Virus record (IMG/VR): IMGVR_UViG_3300038393_001615
Coordinates: 1 to 43,631 of that record
Strand: one strand, 5' to 3'
DNA length: 43,631 nucleotides
DNA from: a virus
Lineage: Duplodnaviria > Caudoviricetes
The stretch's first letter is position 1; every line of letters starts with the position of its first letter. The notes beneath the pieces were generated by a model. That model did not search any database, was not told where the DNA came from, and was given only the letters and a program-made list of their open reading frames with translations. The position numbers were made by a program, and so were the translations under genes. This document shows, piece after piece, positions 1-10,000 of this stretch.

Positions 1-127
1 TGCCTCTTTTGAATCGCAACCAGTTGCTCGACGTCAACGACCTCCCCCACAAGGAAGTGGAGGTTCCCGAGTGGGGCGGCGCTGTCCGCCTCATCACCCT
101 CGGCGCGCGGGATCGCGTCGAATGGGA
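1..127. repeat. Terminal overlap identical to 43505-43631 (circular assembly overlap)
   Basis: Exact 127-bp duplication of the window start at the window end, interrupting an ORF; typical of a k=127 assembler closing a circle. Confidence 0.95.
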
Positions 128-386
128 ACGCGCGGCCTTCCCCGAAGGCAAAGATGTCGACGTCGAGCAGTACGTGGCAGGCCTCCTGCTTCGCACCATC
201 GTCGGGGAGGACAACAAGCCCCTGCTGATGGCCGAAGACCTGGACGTCCTGGCCAACCGTAACCCGGTGATCCTGCGCCGGCTGCAGTCCGAAGCGCTGG
301 CCTTGAATGGCCTGGGTCCGGCGAAGGCGAAGGAGCTTGAAAAAAACTCCGAAGCCACGCCGGCCGACGTAAGCACTTCGAGTTAG
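1..386 (+). CDS. Tail assembly chaperone (lambda gpG-like); true start ATG at 43504 across the circular junction, 128 aa
   Basis: Lies between tail tube and tape measure genes; MPLLNRNQLL...VEVPEWGGAVRL; slippery A AAA AAC near the 3' end. Confidence 0.85.
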   Translation, partial: PLLNRNQLLDVNDLPHKEVEVPEWGGAVRLITLGARDRVEWERAAFPEGKDVDVEQYVAGLLLRTIVGEDNKPLLMAEDLDVLANRNPVILRRLQSEALALNGLGPAKAKELEKNSEATPADVSTSS

Positions 387-565
387 CGCAACGACTCGGC
401 TATGCGCACCCCGACCTGATGTACGCCCAGCTGACGTCTCTACAGCTGGCCGAGGTCGAAGCGTATAGCCGAGTCGAAGCTGACCCGGAGGGTGAGGAAG
501 CCCGCGTGGCGAGAATCGCCGCCGCACAGAAAGCTAGGTTCCGAGGGTTCGGCAAACAGGGGTAG
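341..565 (+). CDS. -1 frameshift extension of the tail chaperone (gpGT/gpT portion)
   Basis: Heptamer A AAA AAC at 341-347; the -1 frame is open to TAG at 563-565 (LRSHAGRRKHFELAQRLGYAHPDLMYAQLTSLQLAEVEAYSRVEADPEG...), has no RBS-ATG at its 5' end, and ends 3 nt before the TMP start. Confidence 0.8.
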   Translation, partial: KKLRSHAGRRKHFELAQRLGYAHPDLMYAQLTSLQLAEVEAYSRVEADPEGEEARVARIAAAQKARFRGFGKQG

Positions 566-568
566 GGC

Positions 569-3500
569 ATGACGACTGTAGCGACCCTCGACACGGTACT
601 CCGCCTCAACTCGGCGGCGTTCCGGCAAGGGATGATCGGGGCGGCGGCGCAAGCCAACGCCTCGCTCTCCAGCATCCAGAAAAAGGCCGCCGAGACTGCG
701 AGCGTTCTGCTCCAGCTCAAGCGCGCGGCCAACACTTTCGGCAGCTTCTACCTGGTCAAGGAAGGCGTCGCCTCCCTGATCGAAGCGCAGAAGCAGCTCC
801 AGTCGATCCAGTACACGCTCCAAGCCGCCACGGGTTCCTCCACCGTGGCTGCCGACGCGCTCGCGTTCGTGCGCAAAGAGGCCGCGCAGCTCGGCTTGGT
901 GATCCCCGACGCGGCCGAAGGCTTCGCCAAGCTCTCCGCGTCGGCGACCGCCGCCGGCGTGAGCATGAACGACCAGAAAGAGCTGTTCGACGCCTACGCC
1001 AAGTCGTCGGCCACGCTGCACCTGTCCGCCACGCAGAGCAGCCGCGCGCTGCTCGCGCTGGAGCAGATGTTCGCCAAGGGCAAGATCCAGGCCCAGGAGC
1101 TGCGGCTGCAGCTCGGCCAGGCGATCCCAGGTGCCGCGCAGCGGTTCCAGAACGCCGTGATGGAGATGACCAAGGGCACGAACCTGGCCGGCAAGTCGTT
1201 CGACCAGCTGCTCGAAGCGGGCGACCTCACGACCAGCAAGTTCCTGCCCGCGCTCGTCTCCGCGCTGCGCGACTCCGGCCGCGGCTGGCAGGATGCGGCG
1301 CACGGCCTCAACGCCGAGCTGAACCGCGTGCAGACGGCGTGGTTCAACCTCAAGAGCGAAGTGAGCGGCGGCCTGTTCGGCGACGCCGTGACCGTGGGCG
1401 CCCGGCTGCTGGCCAACAACCTCGACAGCATCGCCTCGTCGATCACGCTGATCGGCGGTGGTGCGCTGGCGCGCGTGCTCGGCACGCAGTTGGCCTCCGG
1501 CGCCGGCAAGGTGCAGCGGCTGGCCGAGGAAGTGCGCGGCTCGCAGATGGCAGCGGCCGCCGAGGCGCAGTACACCGAGAAGACTCTGGCCGCCGCCTCG
1601 GCTTCGACGGCGCATGCGGAAGCCGCGGCGCTGGAGAACCAAGTCGTCAAGGATCTCGCGGCCGACGCGCTCGCGGATGCCAAGGCGCGCGAGATCGAGG
1701 CGTTCGGCATCAAGGAAGTCGCGCTGGCGGAAATGCAGCGCCTGGAGGCCGCCGCCGCGCTGAACGAGACGCTGGCCACCGGCACCGCTGCGAAGCGCGC
1801 GCAGGCCGAGATCGACGCCCGCCTGGCCGCCACCTCCGAAGCGCTGGTCATGGCCGAGCGGCAGATGACCAAGGCGGTCATCGAGCAGACGGCCGCGCGC
1901 AACACGCTGGCGATGGCCGAGGAACGCGAGGCCGCCCTGCGTGCCGGCGTCACCGTGGCCGCCGAGACCGAAGCGGCCGCACAGGCAGCCGCCACCGCCG
2001 CGAAGGAAGCCTCGCTCGCACTGGGCGGCGTGGGCGCGGCCGCGTTGCGCGCAGCCAAGTCGTTCGGCAGCTTCGCGCTCGGCCTCGTGGGCGGCCCGTG
2101 GGGCGCGGCGGTGCTCGGCATCGGCGCCGTCAGCTACGCGATCTACGAGGGCATCAAGGCGCACCAGGAGTACGAGCGCGAGACCCAGAACGAGGTGCAG
2201 TCGCTCGTCAACCTGCGCACCGAGCTGCAGGCCACCGCCGAGGACTACGGCAAGCTGCACGCGGCCAAGAATTACTCGCAGGCGCTGGACGTCTACAACG
2301 GCAGCGCCGACCAGGTGCAGAAGCTGCGCGATGAGCTGGACAAGCTGACCGCCGACCGCGACGCGCTCGACAAGGCGATGGCCAGCGGCCACGCTGGCGC
2401 GCTGGCGGGTCAGAACATGGACGACCTCAACGCGCGCATCAAGGCGTTGCAGGAGCAGCTGCAGCCGACCGAAGCGCAGTTGCAGAGCCTCGGCGCCGAG
2501 CTGTCGACCAACTTTGTCGTGAGTGTGGATGCCGCCAAGGCCGCTCTGGAGCGCTTCAAGCAGGGCGCGACGATGGCGGACGTGCTGGGCGCGTTCGGCG
2601 ATGCAGTGGACGCTGGGCGCAAGCAAGCCGACGATCTCAAGGCGACGATCGACAGCGACAGCGCAGCGCTGCAGGCGATGGGCAAGTCTCTCGCCAACAA
2701 GATCCTGACCGACGGCAAGACCAACGAGCAGATCGCCCAGGCTCGCCTCGACCAGCAGCTCGCCACCATCAAGCAGCAGAAGCTGGGCCAGGCCCAGATC
2801 AATGCGCAGCTCGCGGCGGCCACGCAGGAGGCCGCGCCGATCCTCGACAAGGCCCGGCAGGCGGACGCCGCGGACGCCGCCAAGAAAGCGGCCGAGGCGG
2901 CGAAGTCGGCGGCCAAGCAGCAGAAGGAAGCCTACGACTCGGTAGTCAAGTCGGCGTTCGAGAAGATCGCCACCGAGCGCGAGCAGTTGGAAGGCGAGTC
3001 GAAGCTGACCGACGCTGAGAAGTTTCGCGCGAAGGTGCTGTCGGACATCGACAACGGCAACCTCAAGGTCTCCGGCTCGGCCAAGGCCTACCTGCTGGCG
3101 CTGCTCGATACCGGCGTGGCGCTGGCCAAGGCCAACAAAGAGGAAGCCGAGCACCAGCGCTCGCTCGCGCTGACGGCTGCGCTCGAAGACCAGCTCGCCT
3201 CGCGCCTGCAGAATCGCCGCGACCAGAACGCGATCAACGCGGCTGGCTACGGGCTGGGCACCGAGGAAGTCCAGCAGATGCAGGATGAGCTGCGCATCAA
3301 GCAGGACTACCAGCGCCAGATCGACCAGCTCAACAAGCAGGCGAACAAGGAACCGCAGGGCTCGACCAACGCGATCGGCGGCGCCGACTACAAGCAGCGC
3401 CTGGCCGACATTCAGCGCGCGCAGGCCGAGGAAACTGCGCTCTATCGCCAGGGCGTGGACGATCGCCTGAAAGCCGAGGCGGACTGGAAAAACGGCGCCG

Positions 3501-4186
3501 AGGCCGCGTGGCTGGACTACCGCGACAAGGCGCGCGACGTGGCCAGCCAGGTGCGCGATCTGACCACGACCGCTTTCCAAGATATGGAAGATTCGATCGT
3601 CAACTTCGCCACCACGGGCAAGTTCCAGTTCAAGAGCTTCGCCACCGACGTGCTCAAAGAGATCGTGCGCATCGAGACGCGCATCCTGATCTCCAAGGCG
3701 GTGAGCGCGATCCTCGGCATGTTCGCGGGCAGCACCGCCCCCTCGGGCGCGGGCGACTCGTTGAACGGCGGCGCCAACTACACCGGCCCCGGCTCGCTGT
3801 CGACGAGCTGGGGCGGCGGCCGCGCGCTCGGCGGCCCGGTGCAGTCGAACACGATGTACGAGGTCGCCGAGGGCGGCAAGCCCGAGCTGTTGAGCATGGC
3901 GGGCCGCACGTACCTGATGACCGGCCAGAGCGGCGGCCACGTCACGCCGGCGAGCGCCGCGGGCGGTGGCGGCAGCGCAGGCGGCGCCAACGTGAGCGTC
4001 GCGGTGAACGTGCAGGTGACCCAGCAGAGCGACGGCAGCACCAGCTCGAAGACCTCCACCGATAGCAACAAGGCTGCCGGCAAAGAGCTGGGCGACATGA
4101 TGGCGTCGGTCGCCGAGCAGGCAATTAGCAAGGCGATGCGGCCCGGCGGCCAGATCTGGAAATTGACCGTGGGAGGCACGCGCTGA
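569..4186 (+). CDS. Tape measure protein (lambda-type)
   Basis: 1205 aa, Ala-rich and helical; N-terminal tape-measure motif (ALEQMFAKGKIQAQELRLQL); C-terminal lambda-type region (DWKNGAEAAWLDY...TGKFQFKSFA...GGPV...YEVAEGGKPEL). Confidence 0.95.
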   Translation: MTTVATLDTVLRLNSAAFRQGMIGAAAQANASLSSIQKKAAETASVLLQLKRAANTFGSFYLVKEGVASLIEAQKQLQSIQYTLQAATGSSTVAADALAFVRKEAAQLGLVIPDAAEGFAKLSASATAAGVSMNDQKELFDAYAKSSATLHLSATQSSRALLALEQMFAKGKIQAQELRLQLGQAIPGAAQRFQNAVMEMTKGTNLAGKSFDQLLEAGDLTTSKFLPALVSALRDSGRGWQDAAHGLNAELNRVQTAWFNLKSEVSGGLFGDAVTVGARLLANNLDSIASSITLIGGGALARVLGTQLASGAGKVQRLAEEVRGSQMAAAAEAQYTEKTLAAASASTAHAEAAALENQVVKDLAADALADAKAREIEAFGIKEVALAEMQRLEAAAALNETLATGTAAKRAQAEIDARLAATSEALVMAERQMTKAVIEQTAARNTLAMAEEREAALRAGVTVAAETEAAAQAAATAAKEASLALGGVGAAALRAAKSFGSFALGLVGGPWGAAVLGIGAVSYAIYEGIKAHQEYERETQNEVQSLVNLRTELQATAEDYGKLHAAKNYSQALDVYNGSADQVQKLRDELDKLTADRDALDKAMASGHAGALAGQNMDDLNARIKALQEQLQPTEAQLQSLGAELSTNFVVSVDAAKAALERFKQGATMADVLGAFGDAVDAGRKQADDLKATIDSDSAALQAMGKSLANKILTDGKTNEQIAQARLDQQLATIKQQKLGQAQINAQLAAATQEAAPILDKARQADAADAAKKAAEAAKSAAKQQKEAYDSVVKSAFEKIATEREQLEGESKLTDAEKFRAKVLSDIDNGNLKVSGSAKAYLLALLDTGVALAKANKEEAEHQRSLALTAALEDQLASRLQNRRDQNAINAAGYGLGTEEVQQMQDELRIKQDYQRQIDQLNKQANKEPQGSTNAIGGADYKQRLADIQRAQAEETALYRQGVDDRLKAEADWKNGAEAAWLDYRDKARDVASQVRDLTTTAFQDMEDSIVNFATTGKFQFKSFATDVLKEIVRIETRILISKAVSAILGMFAGSTAPSGAGDSLNGGANYTGPGSLSTSWGGGRALGGPVQSNTMYEVAEGGKPELLSMAGRTYLMTGQSGGHVTPASAAGGGGSAGGANVSVAVNVQVTQQSDGSTSSKTSTDSNKAAGKELGDMMASVAEQAISKAMRPGGQIWKLTVGGTR

Positions 4187-4524
4187 TGGCCACGCAGACG
4201 TTTACTTGGATTCCGCTGATCGGCCCGACTGGCTCGGCGAAGCTGCGCACGCGCAAAGCGCAATACGGCGAAGGCTACCGGCAGGTATTGCGCGACGGCC
4301 CGAACAACAAGGTGCAATCGTGGCCCTTCACGTTCCGCGGCAAAGGGGCGGACATGCAGGCGATCGTCGACTTCCTCGACGCGCGCGGCGGCGACGAGTC
4401 GTTCTACTTCACCCCGCCGCTGGGCGTGCAGGGCTACTTCAAGTGCGAGGAATACACGATGGTGCCCGAGGGTAATGGCGTGTTCACCGTCTCGGCGACC
4501 TTCGAGCAGGACTTCAAGCCATGA
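4186..4524 (+). CDS. Minor tail protein M (distal tail, lambda gpM-like)
   Basis: TFTW...AQYGEGYRQ...DGPNN...FLDARGGDESFYFTPP...ATFEQ; directly follows the TMP. Confidence 0.9.
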   Translation: MATQTFTWIPLIGPTGSAKLRTRKAQYGEGYRQVLRDGPNNKVQSWPFTFRGKGADMQAIVDFLDARGGDESFYFTPPLGVQGYFKCEEYTMVPEGNGVFTVSATFEQDFKP

Positions 4525-5216
4525 CCGGCAAGCTCTTTGCGGACGTCCAAACGTTGGAGCCGGGCGAGGACGTCTACCTGTTCGATCTCGATGCGCGTCC
4601 GATCACCGGCGGCGGAGCGGGCGACGTGCTGCACTTCCACGGCTACACGCAGGTGGGCGACATCATCTGGCAAGGCATCACCTTCAAGGGCTGGCCGTGC
4701 CAGATCCAGGGCGTGCAGAAGACCAGCGACCAGCAGCCGACGCCGACGTTCTCCGTGGGCAACATCGACGGGTCCATCAGCGCAATGTGCCTGGCCTACG
4801 AGGATATGGTCGGCGCCAAGCTGACGATCCACCGCACGCTGGGCAAGTACCTCGACGGGCAGCCTGGCGCGAACACCACGCAGGAGGCGTTGGACGTCTG
4901 GTACGTCGAGCGCAAGGCGCTGGAGACCAACACCGACGTGCAGTTCGAGCTGTCCAACGCGATCGACTTCGCCGGCGCGCAGCTGCCCGGCCGCCTGATC
5001 GAGTCGAGCCAGTGTGGCTGGTTGCACATCAGCGGCTACCGCGGCCCGGACTGCGGCTACACCGGCGGCCCCGTGGCCGACAAGAACGATGAACCCACGA
5101 GCGATCCGTTGCTCGACGACTGCGCGGGCCTCGTGCGCTCGTGCAAGTTCCGCTTCGGGACCAACGGCCAGCTCCGTCACGGCGGCTTCCCAGCAGCAGG
5201 CCTGGTGCGCTCGTGA
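4521..5216 (+). CDS. Minor tail protein L (lambda gpL-like, four conserved Cys)
   Basis: LFDLD...FH...PTPTFSVGNIDG...VQFELS...LPGRLI; C-terminal CGW..YRGPDCGYTG..DDC..SCKFRFG..GGFP. Confidence 0.92.
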   Translation: MTGKLFADVQTLEPGEDVYLFDLDARPITGGGAGDVLHFHGYTQVGDIIWQGITFKGWPCQIQGVQKTSDQQPTPTFSVGNIDGSISAMCLAYEDMVGAKLTIHRTLGKYLDGQPGANTTQEALDVWYVERKALETNTDVQFELSNAIDFAGAQLPGRLIESSQCGWLHISGYRGPDCGYTGGPVADKNDEPTSDPLLDDCAGLVRSCKFRFGTNGQLRHGGFPAAGLVRS

Positions 5217-5986
5217 GCCTCGAACCGCAGGTGCTGGCGGATTTCAAGGCGCATGCCGTCGCAGAGTATCCGCGCGAGTGCTGCGGTCTTGCCGTGGTGT
5301 TCAAGGGCCGGCAGATCTACGTGCCTTGCCGCAACCAAGCGGAGACGCCGGCGGAGCATTTTATCTTGCACCCGGAAGACTATGCAGCGGCCGAGGACCG
5401 CGGCGAGATCATCGCCGTGCTCCACTCGCATCCCAACGTGCCGGCGCGCGCCAGCGAAGGCGACCGGGTTTCCTGCGAGGGCTCTGGGCTGCCCTGGTAC
5501 ATCGTCAGCGTGATGCCGAGTGAGACCGAGGGCCAGCCGCCCGAGCCGCGCGAGGTGAACAGCATCGTGCCGGAAGGCTACGAGGCGCCGCTGGTCAACC
5601 GGCCGTTCGTGCACGGCATCCTCGACTGCTACTCGCTCTGCCGCGACTGGTACAAGCGCGAGCACGGCCTGGTGCTGCCGGACTTCGAGCGCCGCGATGC
5701 TTGGTGGAACGACGGCAGCTCCAGCCTCTACGAGCAGCACTTCGCCGAGGCCGGCTTCGAGGTGGTGACGCGCACGATCAAAGAGAACCTGGACGTGCTG
5801 CGGCCGGGCGACGGCATCCTCATGCAGATCGACGCCCGCAACCAGGTGCCCAACCACGCGGCGATCTACCTGGGCGACGGGCTCATGCTCCATCACCTCT
5901 ACAACAGGCTTTCTTCACGCGACGTTTACGGTGGCCCGTGGCTCGACTACACTCGCGCCATCGTCCGGCACCGGAACCTCAAGTGA
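5213..5986 (+). CDS. Tail assembly protein K (JAB/MPN metalloprotease + NlpC/P60)
   Basis: GTG overlapping the gpL stop; YPRECCGL and HSHPxxxxxxSxxD JAB motifs; DCYSL and HAAIYLGDGLMLHH NlpC/P60 motifs. Confidence 0.92.
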   Translation: MSLEPQVLADFKAHAVAEYPRECCGLAVVFKGRQIYVPCRNQAETPAEHFILHPEDYAAAEDRGEIIAVLHSHPNVPARASEGDRVSCEGSGLPWYIVSVMPSETEGQPPEPREVNSIVPEGYEAPLVNRPFVHGILDCYSLCRDWYKREHGLVLPDFERRDAWWNDGSSSLYEQHFAEAGFEVVTRTIKENLDVLRPGDGILMQIDARNQVPNHAAIYLGDGLMLHHLYNRLSSRDVYGGPWLDYTRAIVRHRNLK

Positions 5987-7062
5987 CTGCCCGTACCGTT
6001 CGGCTCTATGGCGAAATGGGTTCGCGCTTCGGGCGCGTGCACCGCTTCCACCTCGATTCCGACAGCCCTGCCGAAGCCGTCCAGGCGCTCATGTCGCAGG
6101 TGCCCGGCGTGCGCCAGTACCTGATGAGCGCCAAGAAACGGGGCGTCGGCTTCACGGTATTCGCCGGCCGCCAGAACCTGGCCGAGAATGAGCTGACGCT
6201 ACCGGCGGCCGCTAACGACGATGACATTCGCATCGCTCCGGTGCTGATGGGTTCCAAGAAAGGCGGCGTGCTGCAGGTGATCGTGGGCGTCGTGCTCGTG
6301 GCCGCCGCGGCGATCCTGTCGTTCACGCCCTACGCTGCCGCGTCGCCTTACTTGTACGCGGCCGGCATCTCGATGATCGCCGGCGGCGTCGTGCAGCTGC
6401 TCACGCCCCTGCCGAAGGGTCTGCACTCGAAAGACAGCGCCGGCAACATGCCGAGCTACAGCTTCAACGGGCCGGTCAACACGCAGGCCCAGGGCAATCC
6501 GGTGCCGCTGCTCTACGGCGGCCCGCTCAAGGTCGGCAGCGCGGTCATCAGCGCCGGCATCGACACGCTCGAAACCGTCTACGCCCAAGGCGGCCTGACC
6601 GTCGGCCATATGGGCGGTGGCGGCGGTTGCCCGGAGTTGAACATGCCGGTGCGCGTCGTGCGCAACGAGCGCGAGGTCGAGATCCCAGCGTGCGAGGTCC
6701 GCGCGGGCGACGTGCTGGTGACCGCCGATCCGGTGACGCTCGCGCCCGGCCGCGCGGTGGTGCGCTACAGCGAGCCGAAGCTGCAGCCCTGCGTGGGCGT
6801 GGTGCTGGCCGATCGCAGCCTGCATTGCTCGCGCAGCGCGCCGCTGCCGACGCCTACGGGCCTCTCTGACGCGCCGGACGTGGAAGGCTTGGCCGTGGCC
6901 GCCCTGCACGACGGTGAGGCGCGCTGGGACCGCGTGCTGGGCGTGTACGACCGCGGCATGCGCGAAGTCCAGCACATCGACATCGACAACGGCTGCTTCT
7001 GGGCCGGCGGCGTTCTGCACCACAACAAGCAAGCCAACATCACCGCACAGGACGGTCGCTAA
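5983..7062 (+). CDS. Tail assembly protein I (ubiquitin-like N-terminus) fused to a C-terminal Hint/intein-like domain
   Basis: GTG overlapping the gpK stop; VRLYG..FGR..SPAEAVQAL..IRIAPVLMGSKKGG, hydrophobic hairpin, SYSFNGPVNTQAQGNPVPLLYG..VGSAVISAGI; then GGGGG-C216...HHN348. Confidence 0.9.
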   Translation: MTARTVRLYGEMGSRFGRVHRFHLDSDSPAEAVQALMSQVPGVRQYLMSAKKRGVGFTVFAGRQNLAENELTLPAAANDDDIRIAPVLMGSKKGGVLQVIVGVVLVAAAAILSFTPYAAASPYLYAAGISMIAGGVVQLLTPLPKGLHSKDSAGNMPSYSFNGPVNTQAQGNPVPLLYGGPLKVGSAVISAGIDTLETVYAQGGLTVGHMGGGGGCPELNMPVRVVRNEREVEIPACEVRAGDVLVTADPVTLAPGRAVVRYSEPKLQPCVGVVLADRSLHCSRSAPLPTPTGLSDAPDVEGLAVAALHDGEARWDRVLGVYDRGMREVQHIDIDNGCFWAGGVLHHNKQANITAQDGR

Positions 7063-10000
7063 TGAACGCTGTGCTCAAAGGCGCGAAGGGTGGCGGCAGC
7101 CAGCCGCAAGGCTCGACCGAAGCGCCCGATACCCTCACCTCGACTGCGCGAGCGCGCATCCTCGACCTGGTGAGCGAGGGGCCGATCCTCGGCTTCCGCA
7201 ACGGCGGCACGAACCCGCTGCAGGACGTCTATCTCAACGAGACGCCGGTCGCCAACCCGGACGGGTCGCTCAACTTTTCGGACGTCTACATCGACTCGCG
7301 CTCCGGCACGAACACCCAGGATTACATGCCTGGCTTCCCGGCGGTCGAGAACGAGTTTGGCGTGGGCACCGAGTTGAAGTCGACGGCCCCGTGGGCGCAG
7401 GCGATCAACAACCTCGACCTCACCGCCGTGCGCATCCGCCTGTCGGTGCCGTCGCTGCAGCAGAGCAACGCGTCGACCGGCGACATCACCGGCTACCGGA
7501 TCGCGTACACCATCGAGCTGTCGACCGACGGCGGCGCGTTCGTGCAGGTAGTCAGCTCGGCGTTCTCGGGCAAGACCTCTAGCAAGTACGAGCGCACGCA
7601 CCGCATCCCGCTGCCGGCCGCCACGACCGGCTGGACGGTGCGCGTGACGCGCCTCACCGCGAACAAGAACCTCGCCACCGTGGCCGACACGACGACGGTC
7701 GAGAGCTATACCGAGATCATCGACGCCAAGCTGCGCTATCCCAACAGCGCGCTCGTCGGCATCATCATCGACGCCCAGCAGTTCTCGAATATCCCCACGC
7801 GTGCCTACGACCTCTACGGCCGCATCGTCAGCGTGCCGAGCAACTACGATCCGACCACGCGTGCGTACACCGGCGTCTGGGATGGCTCGTTCAAGCCCGC
7901 GTGGACGAACAACCCGGCGTGGATCTTCTACGACCTGGCCACGCATCCGCGCTACGGCCTCGGCCGCTACGTCACCGCGGCGCTGATGAACAAGTGGGTG
8001 CTCTACTCGATCGCCCAGTATTGCGACCAGCTCGTGCCGGACGGCCGCGGCGGTCAGGAGCCGCGCTTCACCTGCAGCCTCTACATGCAAACGCAGGCCG
8101 ACGCGTACAAGGTGCTCAACGATCTCGCCTCGGTGTTCCGCGGCCAGATGTACTGGGCCGGCGGCGCGATTCAGGCGGTCGCGGACATGCCTGGCGACCC
8201 GGACTACGACTACTCGCCGGCGAACGTCATCAACGGCGAGTTCCAGTACGCCGGCAGCGGCCGCAAGACCCGCTACACCGTCGCGCAGGTGAGCTGGAAC
8301 GACCCGGACGACTTTGGCCGCGCCAAGGTCGAGACGGTCATCGACCGCGACGGCTTGAAGCGCTACGGCTTCCAACCGACGCCGATCATCGCGGTCGGCT
8401 GCACCTCGAAGGGCCAGGCCCAGCGCCTCGGCCTCTGGGTGCTCTACACCGCGCGCCTGGAGACCGAGACGGTCGTGTTCAAAGTCGGCGCCGACGGCAT
8501 CGTGGCCAACCCCGGCCGCATCGTCCGCGTGTTCGATCCGGCGCGCGCCGGCAAGCGCCAGGCGGGCCGCATCCACTCGGCAACGACGACTTCGGTCGTG
8601 GTCGACCAGATGCCCGACCTCGTGGCGATCGGCGACACGATCTCGTGCACCACGTCAGACGCGGTTACCGAGACGCGCACCATCAGCGCGATCGACGGCC
8701 CGAGCAAGACCATCACCGTCAGCAGCGCGTTCTCCGAGGTGCCGGCGGCCGAGACGATGTGGGGCGTGGAGAGCATGTCGCTTGTCGCGGCAACCTACCG
8801 CGTGTTGAGCGTGGCCGAGCCTGCGTCGACCGACGAGGCGCTGGAGTACACGATCACCGCGCTGCGCCACAACGCAAGCAAGTTCGACGCCGTGGACATC
8901 GGCGCCGCGATCGAAGACCCGCCGATCACCACCATCCCGCCGCCCTCGCAGCAGGGGCCGGCGCAGGTAGTGCTGTCCGCCGCGCCGGTCAAAGGCGCCG
9001 TGCTGGTCTCGATCCAGCTCAACATTCAGTGGCTCCCCGCGCTGGGCGCGGTGAAGTACCGCGTCGAGTGGCGCCGCGACAACGGCAGCTGGAATGAGCT
9101 GGCCCCGCAAACCGGCCTGTCGGTGGATCTGCCCAACGCCGACCCAGGCTCCTACGAGGCCCGAGTGTTCGCGATCGGCGCCGGCGGCAACAGCTCGCTC
9201 CCGGTGTACGCCGACGCCCTCGCGGTCGACGACCCGACGACGCTGCCAACGACGGTCGAGGCGATCCAGACCCAGGCCAACGAGGCGGCAACCGACTCGT
9301 CGAACGCGCTCGCGCAGCTGGCCTACATCGCCAGCGACAACACGCTCGCGCAGGGCGAGAAGTCGCTGGTGCTGCGTGACTACTCGGTCATTACCACTGA
9401 GCAGGCGGGCATCGACGCCGAGGCCGCGCGCTACAACATCACCACCGAGAAGACCGCCTACGACAACGCGATCTCGGCGTGGTCAGCGTACCTCGGCACG
9501 CTGACCACGCCGACGCTGTGGAGCGACATCAGCGGGGATACCGACATCGTGGGCGCGACGTGGCGCGCGAAGTGGACGGCCGTCTATACGGCTCGACAGA
9601 CGCTGCTCAACAAGATCCTCGCTTCGGCCAAGGCCAACGGCGACTACGCGGTGAACCTGGGGCTTAGCGCACCCGTGGTCAACCCCACTTTCCGCAACGG
9701 GCTCGACAGCTGGACGTTCGACACGGCCGGCGCTGGCGAGTGGGCGACGGGTTCCGGCGGCAACACCCCGGACTCGGCGCAGACGACGTTCCTGCAGCAC
9801 ACGGGCGTTGCCGGGCAGGTGACGACGTGCGCGCACAACACGGGTGGCGGCATCCCGGTCAAGGTCGGGCAGACGGTCACCGCGATGGTGGCGCTGCGCG
9901 CGGTCAACCCCAACGCCACGGCACGAGCCTACGTTCGCATCGGTTGGCGCAATAGCGCCGGCGCGCTGTTCAGTAACTCGACGCAAGGCGTGACGATCTG

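Noticed and set aside
1-127. Possible biological direct terminal repeat
   Set aside because: The 127-bp length matches a common assembler k-mer and it falls inside a gene; treated as a circularisation overlap
440-3940. 1166-aa minus-strand ORF, and similar long antisense ORFs (23454-26090, 38808-40586, 7059-8576)
   Set aside because: Shadow frames of high-GC genes lying opposite clear genes, with no motifs of their own
6628-7026. Canonical mobile inteins in gpI and gpJ
   Set aside because: No Cys/Ser/Thr at +1, no homing endonuclease and only 7-11 residues downstream; reported instead as BIL-like Hint domains
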